A DNA stretch of 42,070 bases from Flavobacteriaceae bacterium (GTDB taxonomy: Bacteria; Bacteroidota; Bacteroidia; Flavobacteriales; Flavobacteriaceae), in the NCBI GenBank assembly GCA_030828025.1, contig JAURDG010000001.1, positions 1 to 42,070 of the forward strand, given 5' to 3'. Both the position numbers and the translations under genes were made by a program. Within the stretch, counting starts at the first letter, position 1. Every line of letters starts with the position of its first letter. The notes beneath the pieces were generated by a model that had not been told where the DNA came from, did no database searches, and worked only from the letters and a program-made list of their open reading frames with translations. Shown here piece by piece: positions 1 to 10,039 of the stretch.

Positions 1-1771
1 CCATATAATCCATCCATTTTTTCATGAATGGATAATGGTTTTGAATCACATTTTTATCGGCATACTGTTGATACAACATGTCAGCCACTTTGATATAAGC
101 ACCTTGCCAAGTAACTCCGTCGCCATAATAACGCCAAAACGCTGGTGCCACGTCAGGGATACCCCCATCAAGCGTTTGTGAAAATTTAATATCATCTAAC
201 CATTTGGCGTATAGCGTTTGGTTGTCAAAAAGGAAGCTTTCTCCATACGCCCCGGTGGTTCTATCCCCCAACCAAGCCTGGCGTTCGTTGCGCTGAGGAC
301 AATCTACAGGCATGCCTTTATAATTCCCTCGTATGCCCCAATATGCATTGTTAAAAATTTGATTCATGGTGGGGTCTGAACACTCAAAAGTTCCAGTAGT
401 TTCTATGTTGTCATAGACTACTTTACCAAGGAAATCTTGACGTTTGGGTTGATATTGCAATCCCGATATTTCTACAAAACGAAATCCGTGATAAACAAAT
501 TTTGGCTCCCAAACTTCTTCTGAAGATCCTTTCAAAATATAAGTGTCAGTCGCTTTAGCATCACGCAAATCGGCGGTGTATAATGATCCATCTTCTTGCA
601 AAGATTCTGCAAATCGCAACTTGATTTTATCGCCCCGATTGCCCTTCACTTTCAACTGCAGCCAACCCACCATGTTTTGCCCCATATCTAAAATATAGGT
701 GTCATTTTTGGGATTAATAGCAACAGGAGTGATCTCATCCATTACCTTCATGTTGGGCGTCATTTGGGCTTCTGGAAACCCTCCTGGTTCTTCGACCCAA
801 GTGACATATTGCCACTCACTGTCATCAAAATTTAGCTCATTCCAATGTTGCAGCTCTAAACGAGCGTCATAGATTTCACCATCATATTCGTTGTTGCTAC
901 GAATAGGACCATAAGGACTAAATTTCCATGAAGTGTCAGATTTGATAATTTCATGGCTACCATCTGCATAAGCAATATCCAACTGCATGGCCATTTTGGG
1001 AAATCCAAAGCTTTTAATTTTATAGGGCTTATATTCCTGACGCATCGAATAAAAACGTCCATTCCCCAAAATCGTTCCCAACACATTTTCACCATTTTTT
1101 AATTGAGAAGTGACATCAAACACATTGTACTTGATGTTTTTTGTGTAATCTGTTGGAACAGGTGCCAAAACTTGATTACCAATTTTTGTGCCGTTAATAT
1201 AAAATTCATAAAGACCCATGCCCATAATATAAAGTTTGGCATCTTTAACTTCTTTTTTAATAGAGATTTGCTTGCGCAAATAGCGTGCTGACAGTTTTGA
1301 AAATTGACCAATGGTATCACCTGGAAAAAGTTGGTTACACCCAATCCATCTTGTAGATTTCCATTCAGCATAGGTCAAAATTCCCATGCTCCAATGCGCT
1401 GGAGCACTCCATGAAAACTCGCCTTTGTTCGTCCATACCTTAACTTTCCAATATGCTGCTGTTTTACTTTTTAATTTTTTACCTGAATAGGCAATATTAA
1501 TGGAAGTGCTACTCCTTACAACGCCAGAGTCCCATAAATCAGCATATTCATTGTTTAAATTTTCTAAAGAAGAGGCCACCAGAATGTGATATGCTTGTTG
1601 TTCCACTTGGTTATCGTTTGTCAAGAATTGCCAACTTAATCGGGGATGCAACACATCAATCCCCAAGGGGTTATTGAGCATCTCACATTGAAGGTTAATC
1701 ACGCTAGGCGGATTTTGAGCCCAGGTTGAAAATGCACAAATGACAATCAATAATGAAATAACTTTTTTCAT
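1..1771 (-). CDS. alpha-L-rhamnosidase, GH78 family (N-terminal 590 codons; C-terminus lies beyond the left window edge)
   Basis: Absent from the ORF track because no stop lies inside the window. Manual minus-strand translation from ATG (1771-1769) is open all the way to position 2: MKKVISLLIVICAFSTWAQNPPSVINLQCEMLNNPLGIDVLHPRLSWQ...QQAYHILVASS...YWKVKVWTNK...PVDCPQRNERQAWLGD. It has a signal peptide and the same motifs as the complete GH78 at 7234-10038. Confidence 0.85.
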   Translation of the reverse strand, partial: MKKVISLLIVICAFSTWAQNPPSVINLQCEMLNNPLGIDVLHPRLSWQFLTNDNQVEQQAYHILVASSLENLNNEYADLWDSGVVRSSTSINIAYSGKKLKSKTAAYWKVKVWTNKGEFSWSAPAHWSMGILTYAEWKSTRWIGCNQLFPGDTIGQFSKLSARYLRKQISIKKEVKDAKLYIMGMGLYEFYINGTKIGNQVLAPVPTDYTKNIKYNVFDVTSQLKNGENVLGTILGNGRFYSMRQEYKPYKIKSFGFPKMAMQLDIAYADGSHEIIKSDTSWKFSPYGPIRSNNEYDGEIYDARLELQHWNELNFDDSEWQYVTWVEEPGGFPEAQMTPNMKVMDEITPVAINPKNDTYILDMGQNMVGWLQLKVKGNRGDKIKLRFAESLQEDGSLYTADLRDAKATDTYILKGSSEEVWEPKFVYHGFRFVEISGLQYQPKRQDFLGKVVYDNIETTGTFECSDPTMNQIFNNAYWGIRGNYKGMPVDCPQRNERQAWLGDRTTGAYGESFLFDNQTLYAKWLDDIKFSQTLDGGIPDVAPAFWRYYGDGVTWQGAYIKVADMLYQQYADKNVIQNHYPFMKKWMDYM

Positions 1772-1779
1772 GGTTAATC

Positions 1780-3366
1780 TTATTCTGAAATTAATTTTTC
1801 AAGTTTATCAGATGAAGCAATTCTTTTGCCGTTTTTAAACACATTCAGTCCCTTACCCTTGTTATACTTCTCCCCAGTTTTATCCCAAACAATGGTAATG
1901 ATATTGCCGTGATATAAAATATTATCCAAACAAAACCAATCCCATTTCTCAGGAGGTATTAAGGGGTTGACTTCAATTTTTTCATCGTCCCTTGGGCGTA
2001 GTCCAACCAATCCAGTGATGATCAAATCGCCAAATGTACTGTGGTTGTAATAACGACTGCGCTCCCTGTCTCCCATTAACCAATAGCCTGTGGATTCATC
2101 CAAATATTCTCCAATGTAAGGCCTTCCTCGATAATATTGAGCCTCAACGTAAAGATTCAACTGTTTAAAATAATCCGCTTTTGAAATGACATTTTGATCG
2201 TAATTATTAAGCACATTTGCTAGCGCTGTTAATGTCTGAGAAGTGGCGAAAGGCCACACAGCCCCATCCCATTCACAAGTTCCTGTGCCATGACTTCTAA
2301 ATCGTGGACTTCTACGCTCTGCAGTAGTGATCCCAAATGGAGCAGAAAAACCTTCTTCTTTTAAAAGTTGTTCCCAAGCCACTTCATACCCTTTGTTTTT
2401 TTCAGGCAAATTGAAGTACCAAGGAATAAAACCAATGGCCTCTTTAACCGCTGACGAAGTACCATTTTCAGTTAGTGTTTCAAAGAATTGATCGGTTTTA
2501 TTCCACAATTTATCCTGCACCAAATGCCGAATGGTTTCTGCTTTTTGCTCAAAATAAACTTGCTGTTTGTTATCTCCAGCCAAAGCAGAAATTTGAGATA
2601 AGGCTTTGGCGTTGGCAAACATATAACTGTTGATGGTGGGTCTGACGTTTTTAACATGACGACCACCACTCAAGGACTCTTCCATGCCGTCTTTTACGTC
2701 ATGTTGCCAAAACAAGCCATCTGCACGCATTCTGTCGTGTTCCCAAACGCTAAAGTCTTTAACTAAATCTGGGTGCAAATCAATCAAAAATGAAGAGTCT
2801 TTGTTAACCAAATAGCGCTGGTAGAGCGCATCGGAAGTCCAACTGCTAAATTTATAAAGCTTTTGCATCGGACCTTGGTTGTGCCCCCGATACCACAAGT
2901 GTATGTTTTGGTTTAAATAAGTGTCATCTTGAAGCCATCTAAACTCATAAATATGATGCCCAAGAGCACAAGATATTAAGTTGTATTTATCGGCATAAGA
3001 CCGATTGACCAGAAACTCTGTAATACCATAGCCTTGAGGTGTGTTTTTGATGTGTTTACGCAAACTCCACCAACGGAAATAATAAATCTCCTCTACATTT
3101 TTCTGTGGACACGCAAACAATGGGATATTTTTTTTCATCCAAGACCATGCTTCACTATTGGGTACTGCTTGCACTATGTTTTCATCTTCCATCGTGTTGA
3201 AATACGTGGCATAATGCTCAAATGCATCGGCTTGTAATACAAATGCAGCTTTATTTTTAGGCGCACTGCCTTCACAGCTTAGCAAGAGTATTGCCAAAAA
3301 GTTAATCAAAGTATATATGTAGCTTGGTTTTGGATACCTCATAAACTCATTATTTTTTTTCAGCAT
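1780..3366 (-). CDS. six-hairpin (alpha/alpha)6 glycoside hydrolase, GH63/MGH1-like fold; specificity unknown. Probable lipoprotein.
   Basis: 528-aa ORF. Lipobox LLLSC follows an internal Met ([23 protein letters not shown]), so the true start may be 3342. C-terminal motif [19 protein letters not shown] is typical of clan GH-G-like six-hairpin enzymes. The family call is fold-level only. Confidence 0.55.
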   Translation of the reverse strand: MLKKNNEFMRYPKPSYIYTLINFLAILLLSCEGSAPKNKAAFVLQADAFEHYATYFNTMEDENIVQAVPNSEAWSWMKKNIPLFACPQKNVEEIYYFRWWSLRKHIKNTPQGYGITEFLVNRSYADKYNLISCALGHHIYEFRWLQDDTYLNQNIHLWYRGHNQGPMQKLYKFSSWTSDALYQRYLVNKDSSFLIDLHPDLVKDFSVWEHDRMRADGLFWQHDVKDGMEESLSGGRHVKNVRPTINSYMFANAKALSQISALAGDNKQQVYFEQKAETIRHLVQDKLWNKTDQFFETLTENGTSSAVKEAIGFIPWYFNLPEKNKGYEVAWEQLLKEEGFSAPFGITTAERRSPRFRSHGTGTCEWDGAVWPFATSQTLTALANVLNNYDQNVISKADYFKQLNLYVEAQYYRGRPYIGEYLDESTGYWLMGDRERSRYYNHSTFGDLIITGLVGLRPRDDEKIEVNPLIPPEKWDWFCLDNILYHGNIITIVWDKTGEKYNKGKGLNVFKNGKRIASSDKLEKLISE

Positions 3367-5824
3367 ACAGGATTCGTGTTTCTCCTGCTTTCATTTTTAT
3401 ATCATATTCGTAATAGTTGGGCAGCTTTAATGGCGCTAAAGATGCTTGTGGAGAAATGATTGGATCTTTAACTTGAACATCAAAAAACAAGGGGTTAGGA
3501 TTCTTTCCTTTTGCGATTTTTAGTCCTTTTCCAGAGAGGGGCGTTTGGGTTCTCACTCTACAATTGCCTTGCAGCGACGCTTGAATTTTCACGTGTTTAA
3601 CCTCATTATCTTCCCATGAAATATCTAGCTCAAAACCACCTCTTGATTTAAGACCCTTAATACTTCCGTGTTCCCAAACAGAGGGCAATGCTGGGAGGAG
3701 GTGAATGGCGTCTTCGTGGCTTTGCATAAACATTTCGGCAATTCCTGCGGTACATCCAAAGTTCCCATCAATTTGAAACGGCTGATGTGCATCTAACATA
3801 TTGGGATAAGTGCCTCCTCCTTTTCGTTGTTCAGGCGTAACCAAATGCAGTTGATCCTGTAACAGTTTATAGGCGCGATCTCCATCCAAAAAACGAGCCC
3901 AAAGATTCACTTTCCAGCCCATAGACCAGCCCGTTGATTCATCACCTCTATAATTTAAGGAGTTTTTCGCAGCTTGAAATAATTCTGGTGTTTTAAAAGG
4001 GGAAATCTGATTGCTTGGAAATAACCCGTACAAGTGCGAAACATGTCTGTGGTGGTCATTTGGATCATCCCAATCATGCATCCACTCTTGCAACTGACTG
4101 TGTTTGCCAATACGCATAGGTGACATTTTCGCTAAAGCTACTTTTAATTCCGCAGCAAAATCAGCGTCCCGATTCAGTATTTTCGATGCCTTCATCACAT
4201 TGGTGAATAAGTCAAAAACCAACTGATTATCCATGGTTACCCCAGCAGCGATTGAAGATTTACCATCTTCTGCGGCATGGGTGTTTTCAGGTGAGTTTGA
4301 AGGCACTACCACCAAATAACCAAACGTGGGCTCTTCAATCATAAAGTCTAAAAAGAAAGCTGCTGCCTCTTTTAGAATGGGATAGATTTCGGCTAAATAT
4401 TTATTGTCACCTGAATATAAGTATCGCTCCCATAAATCCTGACAAACCCATGCCCCACCAGACGGCCACATACCTGAAGTGGCTCTATCTACAGGACCTG
4501 TAATGCGCCAAATATCTGTGTTGTGGTGCAATACCCAGCCTTTGGCATCATAGAGTCTTTGAGCACTTTCACGTCCTGTTATACTCACTTCTTTAGCCAT
4601 TTGTAAAAAAGGCTCATGCATCTCTGATAAGTTGGTCAACTGTGCGGGCCAATAGTTCATTTCTGCATTAATATTCATGGTGTATTTACTTTCCCACGGA
4701 GGAAATAGCATATCGTTCCAAATCCCTTGAAGATTTGCTGGCTGACCACCAGGCTGAGAGGATGAAATTAATAGATATCGCCCAAATTGAAAATATAGGG
4801 CCGCAAGTTGTGGGTCGAATTGGCTGTCAAATTTACGAATACGTGCTTCTGTAGTATCATGCATGGCGGGCGTAGTTCCTAAGTCTAAAGAAACACGATT
4901 AAAGAACTTTTGGTAGTAGGCCACATGGGCATCTTTGATTTCTTGAAAATCTTTAGCTATAGCTTTTTCCAAATATTTTTGGCTTTTCTCTTCCTGATTT
5001 TCAGTGAGCGCTTTGTAGTTTTTAAAATTAGTGGCTATGGAAATATAAAGCGTGACATCATTGGCTTTTTCTACACTAATAATACCATTGTTTGCTATCA
5101 GTTGCCCCCCATTGTTTTTTGCAAATATGCGTCCTTGAAATTTTACGCGCCCTTTTTGATTTTCGTAGGTACTCGTAACTCCTGAAAGTGTAATTTGCTT
5201 ACCCTCTGTGGAAGTAACCGTTTTGTCAAATGGGCTATTCATAAATATAGCACAACTTATGCTGGCTGGTTTATCAGCAGTAAGCCGCATGACAATGACC
5301 TGGTCAGAGAAAGAAGTGAGGATTTCTCTTGTGTAGGTAATGCCATCAACTTGATATTGCACTTTTGCTGTGGCATTTTCAATGTTTAGATCCCGATAGT
5401 AGTTGGTGTAGTTTTGATGCCCAGGAAATGACACATATACACTCCCAAAGGTTTGATAATTCATGCCATTATTGGTTTGCGACATGATGTCTGAAGTAGC
5501 AAGATCTTGTGCTTGCTTGTATTTGCCTTCAAAAATGAGACTTCTGACTTTGGGCAATGCTGCTAAAGCTTTGTCGTGCGCGTTGTTGTTCGGTGAACCC
5601 GACCAGATGGTTTCTTCGTTTAACTGCAAGCGTTCAACCACAGGATCACCAAAAACCATAGCACCAAGGCGCCCGTTTCCTAGTGGCAATGCCTGATTCC
5701 AATAGGCGGCAGGCGTGTCATACCACAATTTCAACTCATTTTTTTGTTGTCCCATAACACTCTGCCAAAGAACCATTAGAATAGAAAAAACAATGATGTG
5801 TTTATTTTTTACTGCTTTCTTCAT
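3350..5824 (-). CDS. GH95 alpha-L-fucosidase / alpha-L-galactosidase
   Basis: 824-aa ORF with signal peptide. Hallmark GH95 N-terminus [47 protein letters not shown]-terminal [16 protein letters not shown]...LLPALPSVW. Confidence 0.9.
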   Translation of the reverse strand: MKKAVKNKHIIVFSILMVLWQSVMGQQKNELKLWYDTPAAYWNQALPLGNGRLGAMVFGDPVVERLQLNEETIWSGSPNNNAHDKALAALPKVRSLIFEGKYKQAQDLATSDIMSQTNNGMNYQTFGSVYVSFPGHQNYTNYYRDLNIENATAKVQYQVDGITYTREILTSFSDQVIVMRLTADKPASISCAIFMNSPFDKTVTSTEGKQITLSGVTSTYENQKGRVKFQGRIFAKNNGGQLIANNGIISVEKANDVTLYISIATNFKNYKALTENQEEKSQKYLEKAIAKDFQEIKDAHVAYYQKFFNRVSLDLGTTPAMHDTTEARIRKFDSQFDPQLAALYFQFGRYLLISSSQPGGQPANLQGIWNDMLFPPWESKYTMNINAEMNYWPAQLTNLSEMHEPFLQMAKEVSITGRESAQRLYDAKGWVLHHNTDIWRITGPVDRATSGMWPSGGAWVCQDLWERYLYSGDNKYLAEIYPILKEAAAFFLDFMIEEPTFGYLVVVPSNSPENTHAAEDGKSSIAAGVTMDNQLVFDLFTNVMKASKILNRDADFAAELKVALAKMSPMRIGKHSQLQEWMHDWDDPNDHHRHVSHLYGLFPSNQISPFKTPELFQAAKNSLNYRGDESTGWSMGWKVNLWARFLDGDRAYKLLQDQLHLVTPEQRKGGGTYPNMLDAHQPFQIDGNFGCTAGIAEMFMQSHEDAIHLLPALPSVWEHGSIKGLKSRGGFELDISWEDNEVKHVKIQASLQGNCRVRTQTPLSGKGLKIAKGKNPNPLFFDVQVKDPIISPQASLAPLKLPNYYEYDIKMKAGETRILYAEKK

Positions 5825-7229
5825 GTTTTCTTAGATTTTCTTCACCAAATAATTTATAAAGATCATTAATGTTATTGATGGCATTTTTAGGTAAATTTTC
5901 TCCATGTTCACCAAATACAAATAAATGACTGTAAGGTTCTATAACACTTTTTGACTCATCGATTTGACCCAACTTGTTTTTAATTTTTTCAATATCTAAT
6001 CTTAAATATTTTGCCATAAATGGATACATGGCCAATCGCTTTGAAGTACCATAATCATGTCCCTCCTTTGCAAAATGTGCATTTTCAACCAACTCCATCT
6101 TGTTGTAAAATCCATAGGTTCTTTGAATAAATGGAAACTCTAATTGTGGAACTGTATGTGTCCAATCACCACCATCTGAAATAATCAATTGTGGTTTTGG
6201 AGCAGCCATTGCTGCAATTTCTGCGTTGTTGGTACCATTGCCGCATAAATGGATTCCTCTTCCACTCTCGCAAGGGCATCCCCCAGAAAAATGCGCCGAG
6301 ACCATTACAACAGGAACAGAAACTGTTATTCTATCATCCAAAGCCGCCAAAAACATAGTATGAGAACCACCTCCTGAACCACCAGTAACCCCTACCCGAG
6401 ACATGTCTGCATATTTTAGTGTGGATACGTAATCCAACAACCGCATTCCGCTTAACACTTGAATGGTGGAAGCTATACTGTTTCTGTGGGTTGTAGCAGG
6501 AAATTGAAGCTGGGACTCGCCCCAAGCAAATAAATCAAAACTGACAACTATGGCACCCATTCTGGCTAAATTAGCGGCTCGAATTTGTTCACTAGCCCTG
6601 TAGCGACCGTCACCAAAATGACCATTAGGCATAAGGATTACAGCTGCTTTATTTTTTAGTGAGACGGGTTTATAGATAGATCCTGTTGTGTAAATTCCTG
6701 GTAAAATTTCCAACCCAATATTTTCTACTGTATAGCCTGAAAACTTTCTTTTTTTGGTAAGAATTGGTTTAGAATTTGGTCTTTTCGGTGCTTTATCCAA
6801 TCCCAATGAATACTTCATACAGCTCGTTAGTGCTGCCTTTCTATTTTCCCAGGATGTTTTTTCTGCATACTGCGTAGATAGAAAAGCCAGCCTATTTTCG
6901 GCCTTATCCACAGAAACTTTGTAATGCTCGTATTTTCTAATTTGGTAAGTTCCGTTTGCTTGTTTAAAATAGGTCAACCCAAATGGAGCCAATATATTTG
7001 CTAGTGAAAGTTCTAAATTCCCAGGCTCAATTCTCCAATCCGAAAAGTCTAAAGTTTTGTTGTCCAACAAATGTCGATCATCAACAACTTTTATATCAAA
7101 AATTTCTTCAATTCTTTTGATGGTTTCTAGAATCGTCCCTTGATAATTATCATCAGATGTTTTTGTTTGTGCAACAGCAATCGTTACACTAAAATACATC
7201 AAAACGAGTATGTTTTTTGGTTTAATCAT
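5802..7229 (-). CDS. secreted alpha/beta-hydrolase carbohydrate esterase (acetyl-xylan-esterase-like) with an N-terminal extension of about 150 aa
   Basis: 475-aa ORF with signal peptide [22 protein letters not shown]. Nucleophile elbow [11 protein letters not shown] (G-x-S-x-G) and candidate catalytic His in AKEGHDYG. Embedded in a CAZyme operon. Confidence 0.7.
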   Translation of the reverse strand: MIKPKNILVLMYFSVTIAVAQTKTSDDNYQGTILETIKRIEEIFDIKVVDDRHLLDNKTLDFSDWRIEPGNLELSLANILAPFGLTYFKQANGTYQIRKYEHYKVSVDKAENRLAFLSTQYAEKTSWENRKAALTSCMKYSLGLDKAPKRPNSKPILTKKRKFSGYTVENIGLEILPGIYTTGSIYKPVSLKNKAAVILMPNGHFGDGRYRASEQIRAANLARMGAIVVSFDLFAWGESQLQFPATTHRNSIASTIQVLSGMRLLDYVSTLKYADMSRVGVTGGSGGGSHTMFLAALDDRITVSVPVVMVSAHFSGGCPCESGRGIHLCGNGTNNAEIAAMAAPKPQLIISDGGDWTHTVPQLEFPFIQRTYGFYNKMELVENAHFAKEGHDYGTSKRLAMYPFMAKYLRLDIEKIKNKLGQIDESKSVIEPYSHLFVFGEHGENLPKNAINNINDLYKLFGEENLRKHEESSKK

Positions 7230-7233
7230 ACCA

Positions 7234-10038
7234 TCATTTTAGCATTAAACATTTGACGTTATACACTCCTGAACCTACTTTAAACATGGGCCTATTTTTT
7301 TCGTTTCCTATTCCTAATACACCACTATGCTCGTTGGGGTTCATATCATTAATGGTGATCTTCGCATTTTTTGACACAGGCAAAACTAGTGTCGCTGTAG
7401 TGTTGGAGGGTACTTCTACGTTGAAAATTATGGTGTTATCCTGAATTTCCCAGTGAGAAACTATTTTCCCATATATAGAATAATAACTTGCTTTAGCATA
7501 AGTCATATCTCCAACAATTTCGGGCTGAATAAAGAAGTGCTTGAAACCAGGCGCGTTTTCATCGGGTTGGATTCCCGCTAGGCTTTTGTAAAACCATTCT
7601 TCTATTTGTCCCATCATAAAATGGTTCCAAGAGTTGCCTTTTCTGGGGTCCCATTGCTCAGCTAAGGTGGTTAATCCAAATTGCATTTGAAATCCATAAC
7701 CTGGCGTATCATAATGATTGTGCATTTTATACATCACCTCATTTTGGTTATTTTGAGCTAAAGCCTGAAACAAATATCGATTGCCAACATCGCCCGTAGT
7801 CAATCGATATCCTCTGTTTTTTATATCAATCAATAAATGTTGCATTACCGCTTCTCTATGCACTGGATCAACCAAATCCATGAATATGGCCACAGCGTTG
7901 CTAAACTGACTGTTTGTACCATAATATTGTCCCTTTTCGTTATAAAAGGCGTCATTAAAGGCCTTTTTAATGCTCGTAGCCAAGGCTTCATATTGAGAGG
8001 CATCTGCTGTTTTGTGGAGGTGTTTGGCTGCTTTTGTAAGCAAACGCGCTGTATAATAATAATGACTTGTTGCTGATAAGGCAATTGGACTATTTTTAGA
8101 ATATCCAGCTGCATGATCTCCATAATCATACCAATCGCCTAATCCGTAGTCCAGGATATAATCTTGTGATCTTGATGTTAAATAATCAACATACTTTTTC
8201 ATCACATGATAATACTTCTTTATCAATGAATCATCGCCATAAAACTCATAATACATCCAGGGCAAAATAACGCCAGATGCGCCCCATTCGGGTGAGTCGG
8301 TAAAGTCACCACCAAAAACGACATATTCTGGTGCTATTGATGGAATCATCCCATTCTCGCGCTGTGCATCGGCAATATTTTGCATCATCGCAGAAAAATA
8401 GGTGCTCAGATCATAGTTAAACATCAATCCCGGACCATTTAAATGCGCCTCTTCCAACCAGCCAAGTTTTTCTCGATGAGGGCAATCGGTGAATACCGCC
8501 TGAAAATTACTTTTGACCGCATTGTTGATTAATTCATGTGCCTTATTAAAAATGGTGTTAGAACATTCGAAAGTTCCTACTTCACCCGAGTTGTTATACA
8601 CAAAATTGGAAGTGATTTCCAGGACTGTAGGAAGTTCTGGGTTGTTGGCTTTTAAGTAATTTATGTTCTGTATTTGAATGTACTGATAGCCATAATAAGA
8701 GAATTTTGGTTGCCAAGACTCTATACCATCTCCTTTCAGCGTGTATTGAAAATAATAGGGCTTCCCCGATCTTCCTTGACTAATGGTGCCGTCTTCCTTT
8801 AGTCCCTCGCCAACCCATAGCGTTAGCTTTTGTCCTTTTTTACCTGTCACTTTGAGCGCTGGAAAACCTGATAAGTTTTGCCCCATATTAAAGACAAACG
8901 TGCTGTCATTTGGCTGACTTAATTCTTGCACTTCAAATGTTTTCTGAATGGTGTTGGCAGCTGCCTTTTGAGGCTTCAATATTCCTTTAGGTGCTTCTTG
9001 TAGGACAACGGGCTTCCAGTTTGCGTTGGGTGTAAACGTTGACGTGTCCCAGCCGATTTGTTCCAAATTTGCATCATAATCTTCACCGCCAAAAAGGCTG
9101 TTATAGGTGATTGGGCTATGGCTATAGTGCCATGTTTCATCTGAACTGATTGAGGTTGACGAACCATCTTCGAAATCAATTTTTAAACGAAAAAACAAGG
9201 TGGGCGGTCCAAAACTCGCAAAAAACTTAGAATAGCGATTCGCCAATACATTGTACATGCCATTTCCCAGTATCACACCAATAGCATTGGCGCCTTTATT
9301 GAATGCCTTTGGAGACAATTCATAAGTGTTGTAATTCACTGATTTGTCATAATCTGTCCAAAGGGGTGCAAACTCACTATTGCCAACTTTTTCTCCATTG
9401 AAGGTGAGTTCATAGTGTCCGAGGCCCGAAATGTAAACCACAGCTTCTTTTACATTTTTTGAAATCGTAAAGGGTTTGCGAAGCAAAATACTTTGCCTTG
9501 ACAATGGATGAGAAGCGTTGATGATAGAGTCTTTTTTAGCTCTTTTGAAAGTAGCTGTATGGAATTTTCTGCCAACTGGCAATTGACTATCTGCTTTTCG
9601 GATGGCTCCAATCCAAGTTGGTTGCAACTGTGTTGACTTTGGTGCAACTCTAAAGCTCGACCAATCACTCCATGGGGATTCAAGGTTTTTATTCGTCCAT
9701 ACCTTTACTTTCCAAAAATATTTTTTCTCGTGCTCCAAAGTTGCCCCATTGTAAACAATCAACTGACTTTGGTCTGAAGTTATCTTTCCACTATCCCATA
9801 CGTCGCCTTTATTGTTTTGAAGTTTTTCAACTGAGGATGCTACTAATATTTGATAAGCCTGCTGTATAACGTGAAAATCAGTGGAATTTAGCACCCAACC
9901 CAGCTTGGGGGTTACGCTGTTAACCCCCAAAGGGTTAACACTCCAATCACAGCGCAAATCCGTAACAAGTGTTTGTCCTTTTATGGATGAAACCAAAAAG
10001 AAAAAACAAAACAACAATATGGCATTATACCGCTTCAA
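7234..10038 (-). CDS. alpha-L-rhamnosidase, GH78
   Basis: 934-aa ORF. N-terminal VTDLRCDWSVNPLGV...QQAYQILVASS...YFWKVKVWTNK and catalytic-domain motif FTDCPHREKLGWLEEAH. The start codon at 10038-10036 is TTG (read from the sequence). No in-frame Met occurs within the visible N-terminal region (about 150 residues), and the signal peptide needs this start. Confidence 0.9.
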   Translation of the reverse strand: MKRYNAILLFCFFFLVSSIKGQTLVTDLRCDWSVNPLGVNSVTPKLGWVLNSTDFHVIQQAYQILVASSVEKLQNNKGDVWDSGKITSDQSQLIVYNGATLEHEKKYFWKVKVWTNKNLESPWSDWSSFRVAPKSTQLQPTWIGAIRKADSQLPVGRKFHTATFKRAKKDSIINASHPLSRQSILLRKPFTISKNVKEAVVYISGLGHYELTFNGEKVGNSEFAPLWTDYDKSVNYNTYELSPKAFNKGANAIGVILGNGMYNVLANRYSKFFASFGPPTLFFRLKIDFEDGSSTSISSDETWHYSHSPITYNSLFGGEDYDANLEQIGWDTSTFTPNANWKPVVLQEAPKGILKPQKAAANTIQKTFEVQELSQPNDSTFVFNMGQNLSGFPALKVTGKKGQKLTLWVGEGLKEDGTISQGRSGKPYYFQYTLKGDGIESWQPKFSYYGYQYIQIQNINYLKANNPELPTVLEITSNFVYNNSGEVGTFECSNTIFNKAHELINNAVKSNFQAVFTDCPHREKLGWLEEAHLNGPGLMFNYDLSTYFSAMMQNIADAQRENGMIPSIAPEYVVFGGDFTDSPEWGASGVILPWMYYEFYGDDSLIKKYYHVMKKYVDYLTSRSQDYILDYGLGDWYDYGDHAAGYSKNSPIALSATSHYYYTARLLTKAAKHLHKTADASQYEALATSIKKAFNDAFYNEKGQYYGTNSQFSNAVAIFMDLVDPVHREAVMQHLLIDIKNRGYRLTTGDVGNRYLFQALAQNNQNEVMYKMHNHYDTPGYGFQMQFGLTTLAEQWDPRKGNSWNHFMMGQIEEWFYKSLAGIQPDENAPGFKHFFIQPEIVGDMTYAKASYYSIYGKIVSHWEIQDNTIIFNVEVPSNTTATLVLPVSKNAKITINDMNPNEHSGVLGIGNEKNRPMFKVGSGVYNVKCLMLK

Positions 10039-10039
10039 T

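Noticed and set aside
856-1371. Three small ORFs in the track (856-1095 -, 1099-1371 -, 1103-1291 +)
   Set aside because: They lie entirely inside the uninterrupted GH78 reading frame (1-1771, minus strand) in other frames or on the other strand. Their translations have no recognisable motifs. They are artefacts, visible only because the real edge-truncated ORF is missing from the track.
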